Shown here one piece after another: positions 10,640 through 23,750 of a DNA stretch of 64,000 bases (its first letter is position 1; each line of letters starts with the position of its first letter). Below the pieces are notes generated by a model. The model was not told where the DNA came from. It was given only the letters and a program-made list of their open reading frames with translations, and did not search any database. Source of the stretch: Mobula hypostoma (Eukaryota); assembly GCF_963921235.1 (NCBI RefSeq), contig NC_086097.1:73472001-73536000 (forward strand). The letters are read 5' to 3'. Both the position numbers and the translations under genes were made by a program.

Positions 10640-13548
10640 AACCATAAGTGATAGGAGCGAATTAGGCCACTCGGTCTAAGTCTGCTCTGCTTTTTTATTA
10701 TGCCTGATCCATTTTCCCTCTCAATCGCATTCTCCTGCCTTCATCCCGTAACCTTTCACATCCTGACCAATGAAGAACCTATCAATCTCCGTCTTAAATG
10801 CACCCAGAGATCTGCCCTCCACATCCACATGTGACAACAAATTCAACAGATTCACCACCCTCTGGCGAAGGAAATTCCTCCTCATCTCCATTCTAAATGG
10901 AGTTCCCTCTATTCTGAGGCTGTGCTCTCCTTTCCTAGTCTCTCCTACTACAGAGAACATCCTCTCCACATCTACTCTATCTAGGCCTTTCCAACATTTG
11001 ATTGGTTTCAATGAGATTCCCCCCTCATTCTACTAATTTCCAGTGAGTACAGGTCCATACCATTAAACGCTCCTCATACGATTACCCTTTTATTTCCAGA
11101 ATCATTCTTGTGAAAATCCTCTGCACCCTCTCAAATGTCAGCACGTCCTTTCTTAGTTAGATAAAGGGCTTTAAAGTACTCACAGTACTCCAAGTGAGGC
11201 CTCACCAATGCCTTCTGAAGCCTCTGCATTACATACTTGCTTTTATACTCTAGTCCCGCTGAAATGAATGCTAACATTGCATTTGCCTTCCTTACCACAG
11301 AATCGACCTGCAAGTTAACCTTTAAGGAATCCTGCACTAGGACTCACAAATCCCTTTGTACTTCAAATTTCTGAATTGTCTCCCCATTTAGAAAATAATC
11401 TACGCCTTTCTTCCTTCTAGCAAAGTGCATGATCAAACACTTCCCAACACTATTTCATCTGCCATTTCCTTGCCCATTCTCCTAACCTGTCGAAGTCCTT
11501 CTGCACCCTATCTGCTTCCTGAACACTATCTGGCCCTTCACCACAAACTTGGCGACAAAGCCATCAGTTCCATCATCCAAATCACTGACATACAATGTAA
11601 AAAGAAGTGGTCTCAACACTGACCCCTGTGAAACCCACCAGTCATCGGCAGCCAAGCAGAAAATGCTCTCTTTATACCCCTTTCTTTTCTTCCTGCCAAT
11701 CAGCCAATCTTCTATCCATGCTAGTATATTTCCTGTAAAATTATTGGCTCTTATTTTGTTGAGCAGCCTCATGTGTGGCACCTTGTCAAAGGCCTTCTGA
11801 GAATCCAAGTAAACAACGTCCACCAGTTCTCCTTTGTCTATCTTGCTTGTTATTTCCTCAAAGAATTCTGACAGATTTCTCAGGCAAGATTTTCCCATAA
11901 GGAAAACATGTTGACTTTGGCTTATTTTATCATGTGCCTGCAAATACCCTAAGAGTTCGACCTTAATAATAGACTCCCAACATATTTCCCAGGCTAACTG
12001 GCCTTTAATTTCCTTTCTTCTGCCTCCTTCCCTTCTTGAAAAGTGGAGTGACATTTGCAATTTTTGAGTCCTCCGGAACCTGCTAGAATCTTGTAATTTT
12101 TGAAAGATCATTACCAATGTTTCCACAGTCTCTTCAGCCACCTCTTTCAATACACTGGGGTGTAGTGCATCTGGTCTAGGAGACTTAGCACCTTCAGACC
12201 TTTCAGCTTCCCAAGCATGCCTCTATAATTCCCTTTACTACCCTGTAATACTGATACATCTGAGTTTAACTACTCCCTCTCAAATTGCAGGGTGAAGTAT
12301 CTTATATTATGATCACTGTCTCCTGAGGGTCTCCTTACATTAAGGTCCCTGATCAAATCTGGTTTATTACACAAAACCCAATCCAGAATAGCTTTCCCCT
12401 CATAGGCTCAACTACAAGCTGCTCTAAAAAGTAATCTTGTAGTCATTGTACAAACTCTATCTCTTGGTATCCAGCACCAACCTGATTTTTCCCATCTAAA
12501 TGCACATTAAAATCCCCCATAACTATCGTAACATTGCCCTTTTGACATGCATTTTCTAACTCCTGTTTATAGCCCATATCCTGACTACTATTCGGAGGCC
12601 TGTATATAAATCCCATCAGGGTCTTTTTATCCTTGGAGTTTCTTAATCCTTCCTACAAGGATTCTACATCTTCTGATCCTATCTCACTTCCTTCTAAGGA
12701 TTTGATTTCATTTTTTACCAACAGAGCCACCCCACCCCTACCTGCCTGTCCTTTTGATACAATGCATATCAATGCTTGTTTGGCGGGAGGAGAAGATGGC
12801 GGCGCGACGCAGTTCGCAGCGGCCACTCCGGTGGTGATGTCTGTTATTTGTCAAGTAGGGCGCCATGCACAATCCTGATTTGATGGAAACGGACGTGAGA
12901 GCACAGAGGAACATCTGGAGAAACTTCTGAAATGCCTGCTTCGCTGCTGCTGCTGCTGTGTGGTCCAGAATCTCCGGAGGAGAAGGCCCCGAGTGCTCGG
13001 TTTTGCTTGTTGCTTGGCGGCCAGGGTGAGGTCAAAGCGCTCGGCAGAGGATGGTGCTCAGAGAGGCTGTATCGGAGGGTCTGGTCAGAGGCTCGAAGTT
13101 TTTGGACTGACTCACAGTCACCTGCTTCCAATGCATCAGCAAGTTGTCGGCGCTTGGAGGTTCATGGCAGGGAGAGTTTCTCCCTTCCGCCACCTGCGTT
13201 AGATGATGAGTCGATTGGGACTTTGAGACTTTTTTTTAAACCGTGCCCATGGTCTGCTCTTTATCAAATTATGGTATTGCTTTGCATTGTTGTAACTATA
13301 TGTTATAATTATGTGGTTTTGTCAGTTTTAGTCTTGGTTTGTCCTGTTTTTTTTTGTGATATCATTCTGGAGGAACATTGTATCATTTTTTAATGCATGC
13401 ATTTCTAAATGACAATAAATGAGGACTGAGTGTCCTCATAATCTAATCTAATCTAATCTAATATTTTTGGATGTTCAGCTTCCAACTATGAGTGTCTTTC
13501 AGTCACAACTCAGTAATGCCCACATCATACCTATTGATCTCTAACTAG
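10640..13548 (-). mobile_element. Older CR1 LINE, degenerate ORF2, interrupted at ~12770-13460
   Basis: Frameshifted ORF2 pieces (YLDSQKAFDKV, QGSVLRPLLF, RPHLEYC, RNFLRQRVVNL); endonuclease sequence resumes after 13460. Confidence 0.9.
12770..13462 (+). mobile_element. Non-autonomous retroelement with YY1-like head, 3' hairpin and (ATCTA)n tail
   Basis: AAGATGGCGGC at 12793-12803; CpG-rich body; AATAAA at 13414-13419; stem-loop atgaggac-tgagt-gtcctcat; (atcta)4 tail; splits a CR1. Confidence 0.8.
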
Positions 13549-13604
13549 AAATCATCTAGATAATTGAGCCAGTTTACAGATTTTGCTTGCTTTAAATTAA
13601 ACCT

Positions 13605-14170
13605 GGGTCATAGCGTCACAGAAGTACATAAGAGAAACAGGCCCATCTAGTCCATGCCAAAACCATTTAAACTGCCTTCTCCCAGCAGCCTGCACTGGCA
13701 CCATAGCCATCCATACCCTACCATCCATGTATCTATCCAAACTTCTCTTAAATGTTGAAATTAACCTCATGTGCATCACTTGTGTTGGTAGCTGATTCCA
13801 TGCTCTCATGACCCCCTGAGCGAAGAAGTTTCCCCTCGTGTTCCCCTTAAACTTTTCACCTTTGACTTTAACCCAATGGCCTATGGCTGTAGTTCCATCC
13901 AACCTCAGTGGAAAAAGTCTGCTTGCATTTACCCTCAATATACCCCTCATAATTTTGTATACCTCTATCAAATCTCTGTCTTCTACATTCTAAGTAATAC
14001 AGTCCTAAAGTATTCAATCTTCCCTTATAACTCAGGTCCTCCGGACCTGGCAACATCCTTGTAAATTTTCTCTGGACTCTTTCACACTTGTTTACATCTT
14101 TCCTGTAGGTAGGTGACTAAATCTGCACACAGTACTCCAAATTAGGCCTCACCAATGTCTTATACAACAT
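13605..14170 (-). mobile_element. CR1 3' fragment
   Basis: IEVYKIMRG...GNFFAQGVMRAWNQLP...FKRSLDRYM, the CR1 ORF2 C-terminus. Confidence 0.9.
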
Positions 14171-14679
14171 AGACACTGTTTATTTTCCATTAGACATTTT
14201 GTTACTGTTGTGAAATACCAGTCAATGCTTTTACCTGTGCAACATACTGTTAATCAAATAGTTAAGTGAATGCAGAATGACAGTATCTTTGATCTGTATG
14301 CAGATTTTGGACATGCTCCTTAACATCAGGATTACATGTCCGTGCATGATGTTTTGGTTTCATTAGTTACCTTAGTTCATTTGTTATAGTAGTTGCTAGA
14401 CGTACTAGTTGTTACTAGTCTCATGCTCATTGTGAGGTCGCAGGAACTATAATTTGTAGTGAGTAACATCCAATTGATAAAGCACGCAGAGCCTATCAAG
14501 ACTTGCTGCTCAGTTTGAGATTTATTCGTCTATTAAGCAGTTGGCTAGGGCCAATAAAAGAATGTTAAGCAGCTATTGGGTGAGTTGACATAGGTAGAGT
14601 GGGAAACTGAAACTTTACCTCAAGAGGCTTTAGTGAGGAGAGGTAGAGACTAAGGTACCGGAGGCTATTGTTGGAGTGG

Positions 14680-16548
14680 TCATTGCTGGAGAGGCCATTG
14701 CATGAAAAGGCAATTCTGGAAAATCTGTTGTATTAGTACAGTTGTGTAAAGGTAACTCAGTGGCATGAGAGAGGAACGGGCCAAAGTTGATAGGAAAGGG
14801 ACATTAGCTGGGATGATGGCAGAGCAGCAATGGCTGGAGATTCTTGGAGCAATCTGGAAGGTGCAGGATAGGTTCATCCCGAAGAAGGAATAATATTCTA
14901 AGGGAGGAGGAGGCATGAAAGCAAAAGAGAAGGCACACAATATAGCAAAAGGTAGTGGGAAGCTACAGGATTGGGAAACTTCTAAAAACCAACAGGAGGC
15001 CATTAAAAAAGCAATAAGCAGAGAAAAGATGAAATATGCATGTAAGTGAGCTAATAATATGAAAAAAAGATACCAAAAGGTTTTTAGACATATAAATCAT
15101 CATAGCTTGTCACACCAGCCAGCCAGCCACTCTAGTGTTGTTTGGTTGATGTTGAGTAGGTCAGTGTCAGCTAAATCAGGTGGGAGTGGGAAGTTGCACA
15201 GAACGTGTTCAATGTTCTGCACCCTTTCACCACATTCACAGGATTTGCTGGTCTCTAAACCCCACTTCACCATATTGTCTCCCATCCTACAATCTCTCGT
15301 TCTGGCTCTGTTGAGAGTGCACCATTTCCGTCTGTCAAACTGTGCCCCATCTGACAACCTTTCTGTGGGGTTTTGTATTTGCACTGTATTTGGTGGGGTT
15401 CTGGCTTCTGTTTGTTGCCAGAGGTCAATCCTGTATGTTTGGAGGAATGTTCCGTGCGGTCGTTCTTCCACTGTCACACTGTCACAAAGCTTTTCCTTGA
15501 TTTTAGGTGGTTGGAAACTGGCACATGATGGTGTAGTGGGTGCCGTGGATCCGAGTTCTGTTTACCTTTTTCAATTTTTGTTGTAGTGCGTCTTCAGATC
15601 TCTGGGGGAGCAATGCCTGCCAGTCTGTAAATGATGTTAGTGAGTGTGGGGTGCAGTGTGCCCGTGATTATTCAGCAGGCTTTGTTAAGCAACGGGTCTA
15701 TTTTCTTCGCATGGGCTGATCTGCCCCACACAGGTTCACAGTATTCTGCAGGTGCATAGCAGAGTGCTAGGGCAGTTGATCGAATTGTGTGAGCATTAGC
15801 TCCCCATTTCGTACCTGCTTATTTTTTCAAGAGAGAATTGCGACAGTCAATTTACCCTTGGAGTTTTTTGATGTGCGTGGCAAATGAGAGCATCCTATCC
15901 ACTGTTACACCCAGGTACATTGGAGTCGGAAGGTGTTCAAGCTCCTTCCCACACTAGAAGATCTTGAGTTTCCGAGTTGCTTCTCGATTCCTCAGGTGGA
16001 ATGCACACACTTGAGTTTTTGATAGATTTGGGTTCAGAGACCATTTTTCATAATACTGCTTCATTGCTTCAAGGACTGCTGTAAGTCGTACTTCAGCTTC
16101 TTGGAAGCAGTTAGCTTGTGTTGCTATGCATAGGTCATCTGGCCACTGGAAAATGATGTTGGAGAGGTAGTAGTGGGGAACAAAGAAATATATAGTTTAT
16201 CTAATAAGTATTGAAGTATTGAAAGGCCTTGATGGAATGGACGTGCTGAGGAAGTTTCCCACAGTGAGAGAGTCTAGGACCAGAGAGCACATCTTTCTAA
16301 TCTTCAGAATAAAAGGATGTTTCTTTAGAATGGAGATGAAGAGGAATTTCTTTAGCCAGAAAGTTGTGAATCTGTGGAATTTACTGTCACAGATGGCTGT
16401 GGAGACCAAGTCTTTGGGTATATTTAAAGCAAAAGTCAATAGGGTGTCAAATGTTATGGGGAGAAGGCAAGAAAAAGAGGTTGAGTGGAAAATGAAATCA
16501 GTCACACTCATCTGGCTGGCCTAATTCTGCTCCTATGTCTTATTGTCT
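14680..16548 (+). mobile_element. Fragmented CR1 hosting the Vingi-like insertion
   Basis: EN-RT linker sequence at 14740-15095 resumes at 16141 (ggccactggaaaatgatg); 3' end RNFFSQKVVNLWN at 16219-16524. Confidence 0.8.
15096..16140 (-). mobile_element. 5'-truncated Vingi/Ingi-like non-LTR retrotransposon
   Basis: Minus-strand translation DDLCIATQ..., KTQVCAFHLRNREA, YLGVTVDR, KWGANAHTIRSTALALCYAPAEYCEPVWGRSAH, LAGIAPPEI, WCTLNRART, CECGE..QNIEHVL; the stop runs into a tgatga tail. Confidence 0.8.
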
Positions 16549-19133
16549 AAACAGCTTGCTTTTAATCATGGGCAGCTTTGCTGATGAGAATTGGATTGCC
16601 TGTTTTCAACCAGACAAGTATGGAGTGACAGTAAGCACATTGACCCATGAAGCTTGTTCTTTTCGCAGAATGTGTACAGTCCAGTCATATTCCAGGACTT
16701 TGGCCAAATATCTCAAACCTGACGTGTTCCTATAATTTTAAAGTCAACCTCATTTAAAATACCCCACAGCTAAAAGTAACTGATTCTTGGGAAGTTTGAT
16801 AATTACATCTTTCCTATGAATATCTGAAATGTATTCCCAGCTATTTATCCATTTTACTTAATCAAGAAAATCATATACTTTCATGCACAGGGCCCACTGA
16901 CCTGACATCTGTCCAACTATTCAGAGCACTCCGACCTGGACTCCAGCTTCTGCCCTTGACTTGTCATTCTTTGCATTAATGGCCATGACAGCATGCCCAA
17001 AATATTCAGCAGGATAACACAAGCAACATAACAACTCAAAAACAGCAAAAGAAGCCCCCTTTCTTTGCATGCACACACACATCTCCAAACCCAGTACCTG
17101 CTACCTCCAGGCTCTCAGATATTGGACCCAGACACTCAGTCGCAGACTCACAGGTATTGGGTCTCAATCCCAGGACTCAGTGACCGGGTTGGGGGGGGGG
17201 GGGTTAGGTAGTCACCAACTCTCAACCCTCTGATCTGCACGGACTTTTGATGCCTGAGTGGACTTGCCAGCCTGGGGGTATCAACAGCCCTCGTCCACAG
17301 GGCCATCTGACCTGACATCCATCCATAGTATTAACACTGACCTTCTGCAGCAGACCTTCCCCAGCTCCTGCCCCTGAATTTTCATTTACTGCCCCTGAGC
17401 TCATCCCAGTCCCTAAACCCTAACCTTTACACTGTCCCCTAACTCTTTACACTGTTCCCAAAACCATTGCTATGAACCTAAAAGATATAATTAAGTCTGA
17501 GCCATGACCTCAACAGATATTACAGCTTGGTACCAACTTGACCAAAAGACAAAGGATTATGGTTTGCATTCAGTAATCCAAGTGCACCCTCACCAGTGTT
17601 CAGTACCAGAGCAGGGCAACTCATGCGCAGTCAAGCTCACATGTTTCAAATTAATCTTCGTAAAAAAAGTTATTATGTTTCTTTAGGTTAATAGTTTGCA
17701 GATACTGCTCACTGGTTGTCAAACCTAGGTAATTCAAGTGAAAGCTAAGGAACTGTGATATATGGCATGCAGACTATGGAAGGTGTGCAGGAGGTGTTGG
17801 TGTTCCCATGTCGTTTCTGCTGGTGCAGTTACCCAAGTAAGTAGTTTCCATGCACCTCGTTGCAGACACGGTCTGAGCATGATGCACCAGTGGTGGCTGA
17901 GGAGCTAATTGACTTGACTGCTTTGTCATGAACAGTATTTAGCTCTTGAATATTAAGTTTTGCTTGCCTGGACAACTGGGGAGAGTTCAATCAAACTCCT
18001 GTCATTATTCAGAATTGTGCCACTGTCAAATGTCAAAGAAATTGTAGATATTAAAACATAATGAAATCACTTAAACATTTTTAAACAAAATAATTATTAG
18101 CTTGTGTGTAACAATCCCTCACACAACTCCATTCAGATGAATCGACTCACCGTTCGTGTCAGGTCCAAGCTGACACTGGTCTGGCAAGCAGGTTCATCAC
18201 CATTACCATTGGGACCTTGCAGCTCGTTCAGACTCTGCCACAACACTCTGTCCATCCACAGAATACAAACAGGACATGGCCCGCAAAGTTCAGCCAGTAA
18301 GTTTGGATGTTGCACCTTGGCACTGAACAGTCTGATAATTCATAATGACAGCAGCTTAGTGTGGCACTGCTGACATCTGCCACGTTCCGGCTCATTTTGC
18401 AACATAAATCTTCAGTGAATATATTGGAAGGATTTCTCGCTGTGTGGTATGTATTTGGACTCATGGCCACCTTCCCTACCAGCCATGAATGCCCAAGCCT
18501 TCTAAGCAGCAGTGTGAAGTTTTCTGCTGTTAACAGAATTTGTTCGGCTGCAATCAGATTGTTTATACATTGGGAGAGTGAAATGCCAATGAATAAATAT
18601 GAAGTGACCAGTCTATAAGTAAAACAGTTTGGTGGAAAATAAGTTAAAACAATGTAAACGTATTCCCAAGAGGCTGTAAATGAGCTGATCAGCAGTTGTC
18701 ATTTATGCTGTGATGTTAATCATTAACCATAGACTTTTCCAATGGATTACCACATTTTAGCATGATTTCTTTAAAAGTCTACTTTATCAGCATTCACAAA
18801 GTTTTACATTTTACATGAATTGCCTAATAAAGGCAGAAAATAATAACCAATGTTGTCAATGTTTCACTGAATTTCTCATTGGTGGAGTTCTAAGCGTATT
18901 CTAATCAAATCATATTGATTTGTCATTGAGTAACAAATGCAATGGTCTACTTGCATTTATAATTTTTAATGTGGATATTTAACATAAAATTGATAGATCT
19001 CTAAGATGTCTACATTCCCCTCATCAAGTGTAATTAATTGCAATGTGGAGTATAATTTATCCTTAAGGTTCCAAAGTTACTAACCATGTATTGCTGAAAT
19101 TATGATAACACATTTTGTTTTTCTCCCCCACAG

Positions 19134-19189
19134 CTTGCAATGAAGCACAAATGTTGAGCAGATGCTAAACAAAATGGGAGCTCTATCCG
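19134..19189 (+). other. Candidate exon start of an unidentified plus-strand transcript, possibly terminal
   Basis: Strong acceptor cattttgtttttctcccccacag. All frames stop quickly (LAMKHKC*, CNEAQMLSRC*, LQ*) and are followed by AT-rich UTR-like sequence. Confidence 0.3.
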
Positions 19190-21218
19190 GTGATCGTCAC
19201 ACAGAGATGGAAGTCCAGTATTGTACATTTCCTTTATTGGAAACTTACTCCTTAAACTCTATGCTGCCAATATTAGAATTTGTTTCAATATATTTTTAAA
19301 CTTTAATCAGCATTGTTGAACAAAACAAATACTAGCTTAATCGTTTTTCATTGTTGTTAGATTTCCAGGCTACTATTGGTCCGCACTAATTACAGACGTA
19401 GACTTTCATGTTATGCAGACGGCTTTTAATTAATGTCAATGTTGTTGTATACAATATTATAGATCTCAATTTTTTTTCAAAGAACTTATTTAAAAATCTT
19501 GGATAAACATTTGGAATGTGGCTCAGTGGAGTTTTGTAATAGGAACTAGGCTACAATATAGGAATTGGACTTCTCAAACAGCAGTCACAAGATCAGTGAC
19601 TGAGCAATATAGTGTGTTCATCTTAATGACATGACTCTTCATTTTGAAATCTACCAGTCGTTGTCTTTACAACTGTGAAACCGACACTGGGATATTCTTC
19701 CTGACTCGATGGAATAGCTGGATATTACATGGCTGGGAATGCAGTGAAGGAAACTCGAGATCTTTAAACTTATATCTGAAGATTAGCACTAGTATATTAT
19801 TAAGTAGCAGCTGGACATAAATTGTTTCATTTTGAAGAATGTATCTGTAACATGTCATAAGTTCAGGCAGTTTATGATAGGACTGTCATTTACCTGGTGT
19901 TCTAGAGCAGGGAACAGTGTAGAAAAATTGCTCTTGATCTTGTACAACTGTTTTAAATCAAAAGGCAATCCAAATACTTCATATACTTTGTTAATTCTGA
20001 CTGCAACAGAGTGCGTACTGTGAGGTCCTGTGCCTGTGTGTGGACTCGTGCTCTGACTTTCTGTTTCCAGTCTTAGTTGTCATTAAAAGATTGTACAACA
20101 TGCCTTATTTGTAAAAAAGAAAGAATACAAATTAATGAATTATTTGAGCAGTACTGTAATTGGTAATTATTTACATTTTTGTTTTAATGGCAGATTTTTT
20201 TTGATGGAGTCACCTTGAAATAAATTCCTTGAGATACCCTAGGTTACTCATTCAGGTTGTACATAATAGCTACATGTCTGCAGTCTGCTTTGGGAGAATT
20301 CCAATTAAATTAGTAAGCCTCTGCTTCACTCTGTTCACTAGTCATGAAACTAGCACTTGCTGTGTCCGTGTTAATTTCATGTTATTATTTGCAAATGAAA
20401 TAGCTTCTTTTGTTTGACTAGCTCACAATTTGCTAATGTGGAGCTGCACCCAGAGTCTTTCAGAACCAATTATTTCTGCACACTAAATTGCTGAGAACGC
20501 AAGCTGATGGTGTGGGTGGGCCATTCTGTAACCTTGGTAAACAATAAGGATATCAGGTCAGTGAAATGCAAGAAACAAAATTAGTTCAAGGAAGAAATTA
20601 CTGCTGAGAAAGGGAAAACTATAAGGTTTTCTTTGTTAATTCCTCTCGGAACAATTTCCTACCTGGATGACTCCACCATTTGCAGTTTCATTTTAGTATT
20701 CCTGGATCGTAAGGGATTGCAGGGATATAAATCTGCATTAACAGGCTTCTTAGGGCATGAAATAAGAGCACCAGCTTGCTGATGCAGATCAACAACTGAT
20801 AGGGTGCAAGAAGGGTAGGGAAAAATGGAATTAAAATCCCATGTTTGAAAGAATATTAGTGGACCAGGACACTAATCAATAGATTGGAAAATCAGGACCC
20901 ATAGCATTGATTTCCCACACCTAATCATGACTGGCACCATTTTACAGCAAAGGTTCAAGCTCTGTCATATTCCATCACAGTGATATCAGGCCAGCCTTCA
21001 TCACAAATATAATAGGAACTTTCCCTTTTGTCCGAGGACACGACAAGCACCGTGAGAGGTTTTTCAATTTAAAGGAAACAATTTCCAAGTAGTTACACTG
21101 CTAGCTTACTCCTTCTGCATTGGCAGTTCTCAATCGTGTTTCTGTGACGGACCTGTTTACCAGCAGATCAGTCGTCAACATAGAAATGTGGCATGCAAAG
21201 ACCACTTTTATAATGTGA

Positions 21219-21592
21219 TACTTTATACTTTATTGTCACTGAATGATTAGTACTAGAACGTACAATCATCACAGCGATATTTGAATCTGCGCTTCACACT
21301 CCCTGGATTACAAATATTAAATATTAAAAATAGTTAAAATTAGTAAATATTAAAAATTTAAATTATAAATCATAAATAGAAAATAGAAAAATGGGAAGTA
21401 AGGTAGTGCAAAAAAATCGAGAGGCAGGTCCGGATATTTGGAGGGTACGGCCCAGATCCGGGTCAGGATCCGTTCAGCAGTCTTATCACAGTTGGAAAGA
21501 AGCTGTTCCCAAATCTGGCCGTATGAGTCTTCAAGCTCCTGAGCCTTCTCCCGGAGGGAAGAGGGACAAAAAGTGTGTTGGCTGGGTGGGTC
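21219..21592 (-). mobile_element. Rex1/Babar-type LINE 3' end
   Basis: Minus frame HPANTLFVPLPSGRRLRSLKTHTARFGNSFFPTVIRLLN, then 3' UTR with aataaagtataaagta tail. Confidence 0.85.
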
Positions 21593-21919
21593 GCATGGTA
21601 ATGTATTCCAACTGCTGGACAGCATGGTTACCTGTCTCCATTGCTGCTGCGGTAGAAAATGCTTAACAAGTGTATGTGGTTCCTCCCCTCTCACTGCTGC
21701 AACAGCTGAACAAGAAGATATTTGGTGTACTGTCTCTGAACACTTGCACTGCCTCTTAAACTGTTTCATTTTCTTAGGCAACAAGGCGATCTGAACAACA
21801 TTGAGAACTTTTCACTCCTTATTTCTGCCTGAGCAATGATATTTTCTTCTGAGTGCATAGTAATTCCCATTCAAAGAAATGGATCATTTTGCACAATTCA
21901 GTGAGAATTGTAGTCCACA

Positions 21920-22129
21920 AGTGTTGCCACACTTCAGGTGCCAAAGTAGCATGCCCCTAACTGGAGGTCTTTGGGATGTGGGAGGAAACCAGAGCACCCG
22001 GAGGAAACTCACACATTCACAGGGAGTGCACACAAACTCCCCACAGACAACAGTGCGAATCAAACCCCAATTAGTGTTTTCTGGTGCTGTAAAGTAATCG
22101 CGCTAACTGTTAGGCTACTGTGCCACCCT
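21920..22129 (-). mobile_element. tRNA-derived SINE (HE1/V-SINE-like)
   Basis: gatgtgggaggaaaccagagcacccggaggaaactcaca core and tRNA-like head in antisense; related copies at 30895-31110 and 31440-31750. Confidence 0.75.
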
Positions 22130-23164
22130 AGGTCAGTAACCCAGTGGGCTAAAAAAGCTTTAAGCCAAAGCATGCAGTGACACAGCAGGTGCCATTACAT
22201 GCCCTGCTGTCAAATCTGACCCAATGTTGGGATATTAGGAGACTGTGAAATCTGAATTGGTCATAGCATATTTTGAAATGTTGGCAGTACTGCACACATC
22301 TGTTTCAAAGGATTGTTCACAATGAGTTAAAAGTACAGTGATGCCACAATATGTGAATTAATTAACTGGTCTGCCACTATAAAGTATATTGATAATTTGG
22401 GATATTGAACTCATTTCCAGACACTCCTAATATATTTCTTTGAATTACATGTGTATTCAGCTTTGTTAAACTATAACAGGCATTGATTTCTAAAGCGCAT
22501 AAGGCAATACAAAAATATTAACAGCAGAGAATTTAAATTATTCTGAAATGTTTATCTGTCCTCTGTGTATTTTTCTCAGTAAAAGAGCAATTATAAATTC
22601 AAATTCTTAATATGCATTCCCAAGCGCACACTGACTGCTTAACATTGTTGTATAGCACAGGAGAGGGCCCTTCAGACTTCCAAGTTTATGATGACCGCCG
22701 GGTAATCTATACTAATGACACTTACCAGCATTTGGACTGAAGTACTCTATCCTTGGTGAATGAAGTGTTTCCCTACATAGTACATGAATACCCATGGGAA
22801 TGCCTGCAACATGTGTAACAGAGTCCAACAAGGATAGAACTTAAAACTTGCACAAGGTAAGGCGATTGGTATTCTGGTGTGCTATCATTGAACTGAAATC
22901 CCAAAGGAAACCTGATTCAACTTTACCATTACTTTCAATTATTTTTACTTTGAGGAGGACTCTATGTTGCATACTAATATTGACAGTGATGTAGCAAGGT
23001 AGAATTATAATATGTTTGTGGCCTTGTTTTCACTTATTTTAAATCCTGCATGTCCAGACATTATGTTTTGAGAATTTTTTTTTATTCTAAAAGAGTTCAT
23101 TGGTCTATCTCTTGGAACCTGTAATAGATAACAAATTCTTGGAAATGAAATCATGGCAGGAGTC

Positions 23165-23750
23165 ACTTTTTGAGGCCCTCCATTGGTCAGCATCGACCAT
23201 GGATATTGCATCCTAGCTGTCTACATGATACGTAGGCCAGGGCAGTACGATACGGAGAGCAAGCTTTTGCCCGTGCAGCAGGCTCCCCCTCTCCATGTAG
23301 CTGATGAATCCAAAGCAACGGCGGAGACCAATACAGTTTGGCACTAGCAGCAACAAGAAGTTGCTAGTCAGCGTTGAACTCAACGTAGGACTGCCTTCAG
23401 GACTCCAGCTATGGATTTTTCCTCACGGTTTACTCCTGAAGCCTTCCTCATGAGTGGGTATAGTGCTAGGCAGCGGAGGTTTGAGATTGGAGTTTTCCTC
23501 TTCCTAGATGAGCTGCCAGCCATGGCTGATAAGCCCCATCTGTCTGAAGCAACTGGTTTTAAGTTGCCAATACCCTGCCTTTGCATCTTCTCCTGTCAGT
23601 AGAAACAGTTCCGTCAGGCTTAGTAGCTAAGCCACACGTGAAGGCTGGGAGCTGGACTTGCTTGTCACACCATTGGGAACATTTAGTAGGTAGTGGGAGC
23701 TCATCCTGACTACTTACCCCAGCTATGACAAACTTAAGGAACCAGTCATT
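23165..23750 (-). mobile_element. Probable non-autonomous RTE-derived element
   Basis: GC-richer non-coding block containing gttttcctcttcctagatgagctgccagccatggctgataagccccatctg, which resembles RTE-clade 5' UTRs (recognised from memory). Confidence 0.5.

Noticed and set aside
18137..18296. Plus-strand segment bounded by cag and gtaagt
   Set aside because: Weak polypyrimidine tract and no recognisable peptide in any frame.
19134..19189. TGT-TGA (KC*) read as selenocysteine or stop readthrough
   Set aside because: No SECIS or TGA-CTAG readthrough context; an ordinary stop or non-coding exon explains it.
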